Shown here one piece after another: positions 19,757 through 34,155 of a DNA stretch of 64,000 bases. Each line of letters starts with the position of its first letter. Position 1 is the stretch's first letter. Under the pieces are notes generated by a model that saw only the letters and a program-made list of their open reading frames with translations, searched no databases and was not told the DNA's origin. The position numbers and the translations under genes are program-made. This DNA comes from Oceanispirochaeta sp. (GTDB lineage: Bacteria; Spirochaetota; Spirochaetia; DSM-2461). The stretch is from the NCBI GenBank assembly GCA_963666275.2, contig CAXXOA010000001.1:2432001-2496000 (forward strand), written 5' to 3'.

Positions 19757-20581
19757 CTAACGTTCCAGACGTTTCAGGCGATCAGCATTTTCGCTGTTTT
19801 TGGCATCTGTATCCATTTTAGTCTTCCAGATGTCAATTTTTTTCTTAAGTTCCTCTATTTCTCTTTTCTGATTGGTAAGGGTAAAAAACCGTTTCAAAGC
19901 AGACAGATAGTTGATTGCCGTTTTAAAATCATCCATCCTGCCTGTGGAAAGCTCATATTTCATCCTGTAATTATCAGCGGCGCCCTGCAGTAGCCGGCAG
20001 GTCATTCTGAAATGCTCAACCCTTTCCCGGAAACCCTCGGAACGGGGGTCCATCCCGGGAACAAACTTTTTCAGGTCAATAACATTCTTGGCAAGAGTCG
20101 CCAGCCGGGCTTCCAGCTCGATAATCGACCATTTCCATTTGGAGTTTTCCCCGAATCCCTCTTTGACCGACTGAATGGAAAAACCCAGTTCCCGTATAAG
20201 CAGAAACCTTTCCGCATCAGGATAATCTTCCACTTTTTCAAGCTTGTCGGAATAGTCTCCGTAGGGCGCATCCAGGTAATCGGAAAAAACTTCCTCCAGA
20301 TAAATAATCACTTTATAGCAGGATTTTCTGGCATCATTGAGGAAGTTTTCATTTTTGATTCCCAGCAGCGAAATAGACAGCTGATTCATGAGAATAAAGT
20401 TGGAAATAATTGCCATATTCTCTTTGGCCAGAGAAATCTTCTGATACTCCGCGCCCTGCTCAGTGCTATTTATGATGGATTTCAGTTTTACTTCATTTTT
20501 AAGAGCATCCTCGATCTGCTTTTTATAGACCTTGATTCTCTCAAAATATTTTGTTCTTGCTTCTTCGCTGACTTTTGCCAT
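19757..20581 (-). CDS. Hypothetical all-helical protein downstream of recN
   Basis: 274-aa ORF with RBS, operonic with recN; no motif recognised. Confidence 0.75.
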   Translation of the reverse strand: MAKVSEEARTKYFERIKVYKKQIEDALKNEVKLKSIINSTEQGAEYQKISLAKENMAIISNFILMNQLSISLLGIKNENFLNDARKSCYKVIIYLEEVFSDYLDAPYGDYSDKLEKVEDYPDAERFLLIRELGFSIQSVKEGFGENSKWKWSIIELEARLATLAKNVIDLKKFVPGMDPRSEGFRERVEHFRMTCRLLQGAADNYRMKYELSTGRMDDFKTAINYLSALKRFFTLTNQKREIEELKKKIDIWKTKMDTDAKNSENADRLKRLER

Positions 20582-20592
20582 TCAATTACCTT

Positions 20593-22275
20593 TTAACCCG
20601 CAGCACTCTCCAGCAGGGACTGGGCATGTCTGACGGATGCGTCTCCCTGACTGTCACCTGAGAGCATACGGGCTATTTCAAAAACCTTCTTTTCTCCGTC
20701 TAAAGTATACAACTTCGTAATCGTACGGTCCAATGTATCGGTTTTTTCTACTTTTATATGATTATCGGCATAAACTGCAATTGAAGCAAGATGAGTTATA
20801 CACAATATCTGATTGAACCGGGAGAGCTTTTTCATATGCATCCCGATAGACTGGGCGACTTCCCCTCCTATCCCGGCATCTATTTCATCAAAAACAAGGA
20901 CAGGAATACTGTCACTGCCTGCCAGTGCTGTCTTGATGGCCAGCATAACCCGGGAGATTTCACCTCCCGAAGCCACCTGCCGCAGCGGTTTGAGAGGTTC
21001 GCCTCTGTTGGCTGAAAAAAGGAACTCAACCCTGTCGATTCCCGTGACCCCGCAGAGGTTCTGACCTGTCTCGCTTTTCCGCCCTGTAATGTCTATGGAA
21101 AACTCTGCAGATCCCATTCCCAGCTCCCGGAGCATGTCTCTGACGCTCTGCTCCAGAACAGCGGCTTTCTCTTTTCGCCCGGCGGAGAGGATCTGGGCAT
21201 TGCTTATCAGCTCCTCCTCCATGGAGGCTCTCTTTTTTTCCAGTTCCTTCAGATTGGTTTCACCGCCGGACAGATTCTCAAGTCGTTCCTTGCTCTTTAC
21301 CACGTATTCCTGAAGAGCTTCATAGCCGGGAGCATACTTTCTGTAAATCTTTTTAATCTCAGCCAAACGGTCTTCGAGCTCTTCTTTCTCTCGGGGATCA
21401 AAGATCAGGGAATCCCGGGTAGATTGAATGGTTTCCACAATATCCTCCAGCTCATAGAAGGCATTGGAAAAACGCTGTTCTACAGCTGAAAATTCAGAAT
21501 TCAGATTCTTGAGATCCTCCAGAGCCGCCCCGGACTTTCGGAGAAGGCTCAAAGCGCCGCCCCTGCTTTCAGGCATAAGATTCAAAAAAGATTCTACCAG
21601 GGAATAAAGCTGCTGGGACTGATTCATCAGCTTGAGACGGGAACGGATATCATCCTCCTCCCCTTCCTGAATAGCAGCCTTCTCAATCTCTTCCAGACTG
21701 AAGCTCAGGAGCTCCATCTCCTCATCTTTATCCTGAAGGGCCGTTTTCAGCATACGGATCTCTTCGGTCAGCTCCTTCAGAGCATGGAAACGCCCGGAAA
21801 TTTCCTGTACTTTCTCTTCCAGGCTGCCGTATCTGTCCAGAAAACGGCGATGAAAATCAATATGAAACAGTGTCTGATGATCATGCTGCCCATGGACATC
21901 AACAAGAAGCTTACCCAGCTCAGAAAGTTCGTTCAGCGGAAAAGGCCTGGCCTGAATGGATATCTTTCCCCGGCCTGAACTTTTCAGAGTTCTACGGATT
22001 ATAAGCTGGTCTTCCTGAGGATCAAGATCATGACTTTCAAGCCAGAGCCTCACATCTTCCGACACGATATCAAAAACACCTGTAATATCTGCTTCCTCCT
22101 TGCCTGTACGAATCAGGGAGGAGTCACCTTTGCCGCCCAGTATCAGACCCAGCGCTCCTATGAGAACAGATTTTCCCGCACCGGTCTCCCCGGTCAGAAT
22201 ATTCAGCCCCTTTGAAAAATCGACGATGCATTCATCAATCAGGGCAAAATTTCTAATATGGAGTTCATCAATCAT
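20593..22275 (-). CDS. recN: DNA repair protein RecN
   Basis: TGETGAGKS, VASGGEISR, FDEIDAGIGG, ITHL. Confidence 0.97.
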   Translation of the reverse strand: MIDELHIRNFALIDECIVDFSKGLNILTGETGAGKSVLIGALGLILGGKGDSSLIRTGKEEADITGVFDIVSEDVRLWLESHDLDPQEDQLIIRRTLKSSGRGKISIQARPFPLNELSELGKLLVDVHGQHDHQTLFHIDFHRRFLDRYGSLEEKVQEISGRFHALKELTEEIRMLKTALQDKDEEMELLSFSLEEIEKAAIQEGEEDDIRSRLKLMNQSQQLYSLVESFLNLMPESRGGALSLLRKSGAALEDLKNLNSEFSAVEQRFSNAFYELEDIVETIQSTRDSLIFDPREKEELEDRLAEIKKIYRKYAPGYEALQEYVVKSKERLENLSGGETNLKELEKKRASMEEELISNAQILSAGRKEKAAVLEQSVRDMLRELGMGSAEFSIDITGRKSETGQNLCGVTGIDRVEFLFSANRGEPLKPLRQVASGGEISRVMLAIKTALAGSDSIPVLVFDEIDAGIGGEVAQSIGMHMKKLSRFNQILCITHLASIAVYADNHIKVEKTDTLDRTITKLYTLDGEKKVFEIARMLSGDSQGDASVRHAQSLLESAAG

Positions 22276-23122
22276 GAGGGCCTCCTTTCCAGCCCAGTTT
22301 CATTCTTACAACTTCATAAAAATTCCGTCTCCGGAATGAGATAATATTCGCAGTGCAGAGATTCCTTCGTACAACGACCTGATCGCCCGGCAGGAGAGGA
22401 ATGACATCCTGCCCATCGATCGTCAAAAGAACCTTGGTTCTCTGTTTTTTCTTCACGATCACAGTGATCTCCTCCTGAGCGGGGACAACCAGTGGTCTGT
22501 TTGAGAGCGTGAATGGGTTGATAGGATTGACAATGACAGCGGCCAGTTCGGGATGAAGGATAGGCCCCCCGGCGGCCATGGAATAGGCCGTAGAACCTGT
22601 GGGAGTCGACAGGATTATCCCGTCAGCCCTGTATTCAATTACTTCCTGGTCAGAAATATTGACTTTCAGATTAACAATTTTTGCCCGTCCAGTAGAAGTA
22701 ATGACAGTATCGTTCAGACAGCAGCGGTTTTCGACAACCTTACCGTCCCGAAAAACATTAATATTAAGCATAATTCTCTGACTGATGACCATACCTCCTG
22801 AAAGGTAGGTCTCAATGGCTTCCTGCCACTCTCCGGAACTGACTTCAGCCAGAAACCCGAATGTCCCCAGATTCACTGCAAGGATCGGAATATTCAATCC
22901 TGCCGTCAGTCTGGCACTATAGAGGACAGTGCCATCCCCACCCAGAACAATAACAAGATCGACACCAGCGGGCTCATAGATTTCAGGTTTACCCTTAAAG
23001 AAGTGTTTTTCTATTATTATGGATTTCTTTGACAGATACGCCTCTATTTCATGAGAGAGCTCATAGGAGCCGTGTTTCGAAAGATTGGCGATTATCAGAA
23101 CTTTATTTATTTCTCGCTTCAT
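22268..23122 (-). CDS. nadK: NAD kinase
   Basis: GGDGT, NLGTFGFL, ADG..STPTGSTAY...AGGP. Confidence 0.96.
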   Translation of the reverse strand: MKREINKVLIIANLSKHGSYELSHEIEAYLSKKSIIIEKHFFKGKPEIYEPAGVDLVIVLGGDGTVLYSARLTAGLNIPILAVNLGTFGFLAEVSSGEWQEAIETYLSGGMVISQRIMLNINVFRDGKVVENRCCLNDTVITSTGRAKIVNLKVNISDQEVIEYRADGIILSTPTGSTAYSMAAGGPILHPELAAVIVNPINPFTLSNRPLVVPAQEEITVIVKKKQRTKVLLTIDGQDVIPLLPGDQVVVRRNLCTANIISFRRRNFYEVVRMKLGWKGGPHD

Positions 23123-23136
23123 ACTCTGCCCTTATT

Positions 23137-24162
23137 TTAGGGTAAAGTGGCAAGTACACGGCTGATCAGATCACTGTTCTGCCTTCCCAATGAAGGATAA
23201 AGGGGAAACAGAATGCAGTTCAACACCAGGGTTTCTGCTTCAGGACACTGAAAGTCACCGGTATCACCGTCTTCCAGGCAGCATCCTCTGAACGCCAGGG
23301 TTGTTTCTATGTTTTTTTTCAATCCGTAAGCCTGTATCTCTTTTACTTTACCGTTAACAAGAACCGGCATACAGCCGTAGTAGGCTGTCCCCTCTTCCTG
23401 AATATTCAGGTATCCATGACGGCTCTTCATTAGTGATGATAAGAATAACTCATGTAATTCCCGCCGTAATTCAAAACTTTTCTCGAATTCCTTCATTTGA
23501 ACCAGAGCGAGAGCGGCATTCATATCCGGAAGCAGCACAGACCGGTCATATTTCCGGATTATTTCTTCAAGCAGGGAAAAGTCCGCTTTGTCCCGTACCA
23601 TCAAAGCAGTCCCACCGCCGGAGGTGATCAGATCGTCCGCTTCCATACGCATGATAACAATATCGCCCATACTGCCGGCAGTATAATCACCGGACCGACT
23701 GGCGAAATTCTGCGTTATATCCTCAATTATTTTAACCCCGGCAATTTCCCAGTCGGAAAAGTCCCACTGATAACCGAAATGCCCGTACAGGAGGATTCCC
23801 CTTGTCTTTTCATTGACCTTATCCAGAATATCATCCAGATCGGGAACAGCCGTATGAGCCTCGGGATCAATAAAGACTGGTGTCATTCCTGCTTTTTTCA
23901 GGGCCCTCAGATAGGCGGCCGGAACCAGAGGAGAGAGTATAAACTCATCCCCTTCCTGAACCTCAAGTAGAGAGAACGCTATTTCTATGGTCCTTTCATA
24001 TTCACGGAAAAAATGACATCCGCAACAGTTGGTCCGTTCATTCAGAACCTGTGCTGCCTCTTCAGAAACAGTACCCGGACCGATCTGGTCAGAAACAAGG
24101 CATGTGAGCACCGAGTCCATCTCTTTTCGCTTAATGGAAGGTTTATATACTGGAATAGACAT
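23137..24162 (-). CDS. DegT/DnrJ/EryC1/StrS-family protein, probably lacking the PLP lysine
   Basis: PVFID, IIEDITQ, LITSGGG, FPLYPSL family motifs. Confidence 0.8.
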   Translation of the reverse strand: MSIPVYKPSIKRKEMDSVLTCLVSDQIGPGTVSEEAAQVLNERTNCCGCHFFREYERTIEIAFSLLEVQEGDEFILSPLVPAAYLRALKKAGMTPVFIDPEAHTAVPDLDDILDKVNEKTRGILLYGHFGYQWDFSDWEIAGVKIIEDITQNFASRSGDYTAGSMGDIVIMRMEADDLITSGGGTALMVRDKADFSLLEEIIRKYDRSVLLPDMNAALALVQMKEFEKSFELRRELHELFLSSLMKSRHGYLNIQEEGTAYYGCMPVLVNGKVKEIQAYGLKKNIETTLAFRGCCLEDGDTGDFQCPEAETLVLNCILFPLYPSLGRQNSDLISRVLATLP

Positions 24163-24166
24163 TGTT

Positions 24167-24643
24167 TCAGTTTTTGTGAATTAAACCAATCTGCTGCAGT
24201 TCTTCAGGATCAAAAAGCCTTCTGATATCAAGAATGATAAGATATCCGGTTTCCTGGTGATAAACACCCTGAATATACTCTGTACCTATACCTTTTATCA
24301 TCTGGGGAGGAGGCTGTATCTGGTCTTTATTAATGGTGACAACCCGGAGAACCTTGTCAATTATTACACCCAGCTGCATTCCGTCCAGATTAATAATAAT
24401 AAACCCGCTCAGGAGAGCTTCATCTTCAGTCAGTTCCGCTTTACGCAGATGAAATCTCTTATGCAGATTGATTACAGGTATAATATCACCTCTGAGATTG
24501 AAGATACCTTCAACATAAGAAGGAGCATTCGGTATGTCACGCACTTCCTGGATGCTGTAGATTTCTTTAACATCCATTATATCTATACCGTAGTTCTCTT
24601 CTCCAAGCTGAAAAGTGACAAGCTGTAAAGTTGTGTCTATCAT
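24167..24643 (-). CDS. cheW: Chemotaxis adaptor CheW
   Basis: LVTFQL..E.YGIDI..VKEI, NLRGDIIPV. Confidence 0.93.
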   Translation of the reverse strand: MIDTTLQLVTFQLGEENYGIDIMDVKEIYSIQEVRDIPNAPSYVEGIFNLRGDIIPVINLHKRFHLRKAELTEDEALLSGFIIINLDGMQLGVIIDKVLRVVTINKDQIQPPPQMIKGIGTEYIQGVYHQETGYLIILDIRRLFDPEELQQIGLIHKN

Positions 24644-24730
24644 GGTGGTTACTCCCATTTCCTATTATGTTCGATATCTATCTTTAAATCAATTATGAAA
24701 TTCAAATTATAGTTGCTATTGAATTCTAAC

Positions 24731-25360
24731 TCAAGGAGCTGGTTTTAAAATAGATTTTTCAAGAACAGAAAAGATATTTTCATACAATATCAGCGAATAT
24801 TCCCGTATCCTTTTTTTGAATTCTGATTTTGCAGATGAGTCCGCCATGTCAGTGACAATCCTGAAACCGTCCCATTTACAACCCCATCGTGCCGCAAGTG
24901 AAGCTGCATGGAAGGACTCCATAGAACAGATATCCGCTTTGTATCGTCTATGAAGCTGATCCCTTCTTTCTGACATTGTGACAGGTTGATCAACTTCAAG
25001 AAAACAGGCCTGTACAAAGGCACTCCCTTGTAGAATTTGAGAGGCTGTATAAGTGAATCCCTCTTCAGAAAGGGCAGAGGTCGATTGAACCAGACAACCC
25101 TGAGGCAGCGCATCATTCAAACTGCCACAGCTGCCGGAATCAATAATAATATCAGGGCATACAAGATCCAGAATCGTCTTTTCATCTATCAGAAAGGAAA
25201 ATCCGATACCTGTCATTAAAATAAAAATATTACTGTTTCTGAAGCGCCGCCTGGCAAGCCTCATTTTCCCGGGGGGCCCCACAGGAATCTCTGTGGCGGC
25301 AAATACTTCCCGTGCTGCATGATATTCAGTTTTAACGGGAGCAATGACTAATACATTCAC
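24731..25360 (-). CDS. MTA/SAH nucleosidase / nucleoside phosphorylase family protein
   Basis: TGIG, GSCGSL, SMES, RIVTD motifs. Confidence 0.7.
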   Translation of the reverse strand: MNVLVIAPVKTEYHAAREVFAATEIPVGPPGKMRLARRRFRNSNIFILMTGIGFSFLIDEKTILDLVCPDIIIDSGSCGSLNDALPQGCLVQSTSALSEEGFTYTASQILQGSAFVQACFLEVDQPVTMSERRDQLHRRYKADICSMESFHAASLAARWGCKWDGFRIVTDMADSSAKSEFKKRIREYSLILYENIFSVLEKSILKPAP

Positions 25361-25570
25361 AACAGACTCCTCTGTGAAACCAGTAACATTATTATAGCAA
25401 ATAAACCCGCATTTCCAAGACCGAGTGTTAGATAAACCAGCGACTCCTCCGCTCCTTCGTTGCTCCCGATGTTGCGTTCCTCGTTCCTGCGGCTAGTCAC
25501 AAGCAAGCTTGCTGCCCGCCCATGCATCCGTTGGTATGCAACGGCTTTGTTCTTCGCAACGGATTATAAA

Positions 25571-25602
25571 AAGAAAAAGCCCCTGATCCTGAGATCAGGG
25601 GC
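25571..25602 (-). terminator. rrn operon terminator
   Basis: GCCCCTGATC-4-GATCAGGGGC stem + T-rich tail on minus strand just after 5S. Confidence 0.85.
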
Positions 25603-25609
25603 GAAATGA

Positions 25610-25718
25610 ACTGGCGACGACCTACTCTCCCACCGTAGCAGTACCATCGGCGCAGTTGAGCTTGACTTCCGTGTTCGGGATGGGAACGGGTATAACCTCA
25701 ACGCAATAGCCACCAGAT
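25610..25718 (-). rRNA. rrf: 5S rRNA
   Basis: Reverse complement contains CCCGTTCCCATCCCGAACACGGAAGTCAAG and CCGATGGTAC...GAGAGTAGG. Confidence 0.95.
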
Positions 25719-25825
25719 AATAATCTCACCAAGGCCAAAGCCCTGATAAGAAGCATTCATCTTTCATAAACTCGTAGCTTACAAAGCGATTGCATTTTAT
25801 ATAAATGAAGAGATAAATAATAATA

Positions 25826-28759
<2,934 letters not shown>

Positions 28760-28893
28760 TATTATTATTTATCCCTTCGCTATTACCTATTTAAAAGATC
28801 CGCAAGAGTAAAGTCTCATGCATCTCCCGCCTCTTTTCAAGAAAATCGGCGTAAAAAAAGTTTGATCCTCAGAAGAAACAAACTTCGTTTTTA

Positions 28894-28967
<74 letters not shown>

Positions 28968-29182
28968 TGGTTAAACATGGCCTTCACCTGATGGCTAAAG
29001 CCTTTTTTAAGAAATTACATTAACGAGATCGTTCCTCAGCACTTCGTGCCTGCGGTACGACTCGGTGGGAAATTAGAAGTAGTTGACGAAAGCCAAGCCA
29101 TATATGATTAGTAGTGCACCGATTGCTCAGTGACTCACTGCCTTTAAGTGTACAAACTCAAGGTCTTTATACCTTTCACGCT

Positions 29183-30724
<1,542 letters not shown>

Positions 30725-31064
30725 ATAATTTATCCACCGAAGTGGATAAGTTCGTATCAAAGCTTCAAAACAGATACTGTCGAATGTAATCATCCTGATC
30801 CGTTTCAAAGTGAGCCAGATTCCCTTTATCTCTAAAAGAAAACTAACGAGATTCCGTACCACAGGCATTTGTGCCGAGGAACGGAATCTTAATGGTCACG
30901 GCTTCAGATAAACCTTAACCGAACCATAGTGGGCGGACCGTCAATCTAAAAAGATCAGCGATCCGAACATACTACCAATCATTGCGATCCCCGGCACAAG
31001 TGCCTGTGATTCGCAATGGACTTGACTTTCGTCAAATACTTCAATTTCCCTTCTCTAATTCCTT

Positions 31065-31150
31065 TGTAAAAGAACATTTAGTTCTGTGCGTCCGCTGCTG
31101 TACTGCCCGAACGCTCCGTGAATATAACGTTTATTCGCTTTTTTTGTCAA
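31065..31150 (-). promoter_or_regulatory. rrn promoter and boxA antiterminator
   Basis: TTGACA (31150-31145)-18-TATATT; boxA-like TGTTCTTTTACA at 31076-31065. Confidence 0.7.
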
Positions 31151-31189
31151 CAGGAAATGCAAAAAAAACTTAGACTTTTATGTATTTCA

Positions 31190-31783
31190 TTACTCTTTAA
31201 TAAATTGCTTCATCGTGTCCGTTTTAAGGAAAAGCCGCAGGTAATCTAGGAAGGAAATGACCGAACTTGCCGCTGCCAGAATAAAGATAATCTTTCCCGC
31301 CAGGATCAGCTGACTTATATGGGCTGTCATCTCCAGGGATTGGAGCGTCAGAATGAACATAGCAAAGATCCCAGAGATAAAATAGAAAACAGCTTTGGCC
31401 TTCCCTCCGCTTTTTGCGGCAAGGGCTGTTCCCTCTTTTGCCATGACCATCCGTATAAACATAATACAGAACTCTCTCCAGACAATAACAATCATAGCCC
31501 ATAAAGGCATAAGACCGGCTGCAGTAAAACAGATGAAGTAGGTTACCCTGCTGAGAACATCAGAGAAAGGATCAAGGATTTTCCCGATATCGGAGACAAG
31601 ATTACGGGATCTGGCGATATGGCCGTCAAGAACATCGGATATTTCAATGACAATCTGGACTACCCAGAGAACAATTATCCACATAAGGGAAAGATTGCCC
31701 CTTAAAATTGTCAAAGCAAAGATAAGAAAAAATACGGGTGTCAGGAAGATCCTTCCGACTGTCAGTTTGTTTGGTAAATTCAT
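31190..31783 (-). CDS. pgsA: CDP-diacylglycerol--glycerol-3-phosphate 3-phosphatidyltransferase
   Basis: MNLPNKLT..R, SDVLDGHIARS..VSDIGKILDPFSD. Confidence 0.92.
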   Translation of the reverse strand: MNLPNKLTVGRIFLTPVFFLIFALTILRGNLSLMWIIVLWVVQIVIEISDVLDGHIARSRNLVSDIGKILDPFSDVLSRVTYFICFTAAGLMPLWAMIVIVWREFCIMFIRMVMAKEGTALAAKSGGKAKAVFYFISGIFAMFILTLQSLEMTAHISQLILAGKIIFILAAASSVISFLDYLRLFLKTDTMKQFIKE

Positions 31784-31832
31784 AGGCAAATCTTAAGTAA
31801 CTGCCGGCTCACTGTCAACGCTGAAAACTCTA

Positions 31833-32570
31833 TTAAAACCGGGTTTTTCCTTCCATGATCAGGACTTCTCCGCTTCCAGAGAGCGTATAGGTATAGGTAT
31901 TAAAAAATCCCGGCCTCTGAAATATCAGACCCGGATACTTTTTTTTCAGAATTTTGAGACTTCTGCTGCTTTTCTGACCGTCTTTCTCCAGAGCTGAAAA
32001 GGTCGGGTTTACCTGGTCAGGCAATGGGAAGAGATCTCCCCCTGAGGTAGTAAATCCCAGAACCGTAACAGAACTATCGAGAAAAAAGAGATATTCCGGC
32101 AATTCTTCCTTCTCTATAATAACAGCCAGTCGATCACCTTCCAGTTTATCTGAATGAAATCCCACCCTGTCGGTCCATTCAAAATAGATACTGCCTTCCT
32201 GTGCGGGATAGAAAACCAGCTGTCCCAGATGCTGCTCGGAGGAGGAACGGATATCCCCAATGGGAATCTGCCAGAACACAGAGACTCCCAGAGCGGCTGC
32301 AGGTACAAGAAGGAGCAGAGGAGAATACAGAGCTGCCAGCCCCCCCGGGATACATGCACTCAAAAGAAAAATCCAGAGATTCACAGAGCTTGAAAATGAA
32401 AGATCCTTTAAAAGAAGCCAGAAAATGGAAAGGGATGCAAGCGCCAGAACGGCATAAACCAGAGCTCCTCTGAGCCCCCTCTTCCTGAAAAAGGAAAGAA
32501 CCCCTCTGACAAGAAAGGCAGTAGAAAAGAGAATTGTGAAATAGAGCCAGAAAAAGGCATTATCAAGCAT
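31833..32570 (-). CDS. Hypothetical membrane protein (about 4 TM + soluble C-terminal domain)
   Basis: Hydrophobic N-half; start overlaps the carboxypeptidase stop. Confidence 0.65.
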   Translation of the reverse strand: MLDNAFFWLYFTILFSTAFLVRGVLSFFRKRGLRGALVYAVLALASLSIFWLLLKDLSFSSSVNLWIFLLSACIPGGLAALYSPLLLLVPAAALGVSVFWQIPIGDIRSSSEQHLGQLVFYPAQEGSIYFEWTDRVGFHSDKLEGDRLAVIIEKEELPEYLFFLDSSVTVLGFTTSGGDLFPLPDQVNPTFSALEKDGQKSSRSLKILKKKYPGLIFQRPGFFNTYTYTLSGSGEVLIMEGKTRF

Positions 32571-34035
32571 AGAGATCCCTGGTTTTGGTTCTGAGATATT
32601 CAATAAAATACCTGGAGTTCAATCCTTCACCGGAAATATCCCTGACAAGCTCCCCGGGACTTACCATGGCCCCTTTCGCATGGATATGATCTTTCAACCA
32701 GAAAAGCAGGGGCGTGAAATTCCCCTTTGCCACATCTTCATTCATGCGGGGAAACTCCTCAAACAGGGTTTTTCTGAACTGGGCGGCATAGAGATTCCCC
32801 AAAGCGTAGGTGGGAAAGTATCCCCAGTCTCCCAGAGACCAGTGAATATCCTGAAGAACCCCCTGATTTAAAGTTTTTGGAACCACAGAAAGAAGGGCTT
32901 TTGACTCGCTCTTCCATAGTTCGGGCAGGTCCTTAACCCGGGCATCCCCGTTGATGATCATCCTTTCCAGCCGAAATCTCAGAATCACATGCATATTGTA
33001 GGTATATTCATCCGCATCGATCCGGATGAATCCCCGGGAGACTCTATTGGCTTTTCTGTAGAGAGAATCGACGTCCTCCCCGGAAGACTGGTCGGGAAAA
33101 AGAGATTTCACCTGAGGAAGCATATACTCCCAGAAGGCCCTGGATCTTCCTATGCAATTTTCCCAGAACCGGGACTGGGACTCATGAATCCCCAGAGAAC
33201 AGGCCTGTCCGTTGACACTCCTCTTCCATAAATGAGGAAGATTCTGCTCATAAAGCCCATGACCGGCTTCATGAATGGTACTGAATAGTCCATTGAGAAA
33301 ATCCCGGGGATCAAGATGGGTAGTAATCCGTATATCCCGGGGCCCCAGTGTGGTCGTAAAGGGATGGACGGAAAAATCCAACCGCCCTTTTTTCAGATCA
33401 TACCCCATGGCCTCAAGGAGTCGCATATGAAGTTCTTTCTGCCTGGTGGTATCAAACTCAGAAACCTGAGAACCCTCGTCTCCCTGTTTTTCAAGGATAT
33501 CATCTATAAGGGGATTCAGCTCTTTCTGAAGGGGATTGAAAATCCCCTCCAGTGTTTCTGCATTCATACCGGGTTCATAAAGATCCAGGAGGGCATCATA
33601 GGGCTCCTTTTCATACCCCAGAAACTCTGCCCTTTCACGGGATAAAGCGACAACCTTTTCAAGATGGGGAAGGAACAGGGAAAAATCCTCATCCCTCCGG
33701 GCTTTCTGCCAGGCATCCCGGGAGAGAGATGCAGCCCTGACGAACTCGGACATGAACTCCCGGGGGAGGCAGCTGTTAATGCGGTATCTTCTGTAAAGAT
33801 TCTTTTTCCAGACCTTTTGATCCCCGCTGCTGCCGAGTTTATCGATCAGATCCTCCCACCGGGGATCAGAGAGCCGATCGGACAGCTCCTGCTGCACCCA
33901 GGCCATCTGATCAGAACGGTCTTCCAGAGCCTCTTCAGGCATCCCGGTCTCCTGGTCCCAGCTGAGCAGTGCCAGGATTTCTTCAAGACGGTATATGTCT
34001 TCTTCTTTTCTGCGGATATCTTCCAGTAAAGCCAT
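32563..34035 (-). CDS. Carboxypeptidase Taq (M32 family)
   Basis: HPF, DIRITT, HEAGHGLY, HESQSRFWE, IRIDADE, GYFPTYALG. Confidence 0.95.
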   Translation of the reverse strand: MALLEDIRRKEEDIYRLEEILALLSWDQETGMPEEALEDRSDQMAWVQQELSDRLSDPRWEDLIDKLGSSGDQKVWKKNLYRRYRINSCLPREFMSEFVRAASLSRDAWQKARRDEDFSLFLPHLEKVVALSRERAEFLGYEKEPYDALLDLYEPGMNAETLEGIFNPLQKELNPLIDDILEKQGDEGSQVSEFDTTRQKELHMRLLEAMGYDLKKGRLDFSVHPFTTTLGPRDIRITTHLDPRDFLNGLFSTIHEAGHGLYEQNLPHLWKRSVNGQACSLGIHESQSRFWENCIGRSRAFWEYMLPQVKSLFPDQSSGEDVDSLYRKANRVSRGFIRIDADEYTYNMHVILRFRLERMIINGDARVKDLPELWKSESKALLSVVPKTLNQGVLQDIHWSLGDWGYFPTYALGNLYAAQFRKTLFEEFPRMNEDVAKGNFTPLLFWLKDHIHAKGAMVSPGELVRDISGEGLNSRYFIEYLRTKTRDLYA

Positions 34036-34107
34036 TTTCAGAACTCCTTCGTATTTTTCGGGGAAGGGAACAGTTTTATTATCGAACAAAACAGGTGGTC
34101 CCGGAAG

Positions 34108-34134
34108 AAAAAAAAGGACCCCGCAGGGTCCTTT
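34108..34134 (-). terminator. thrS terminator
   Basis: AGGACCC-loop-GGGTCCT stem + T-run on minus strand. Confidence 0.75.
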
Positions 34135-34155
34135 CATAATAGACAATGTCCTGTA

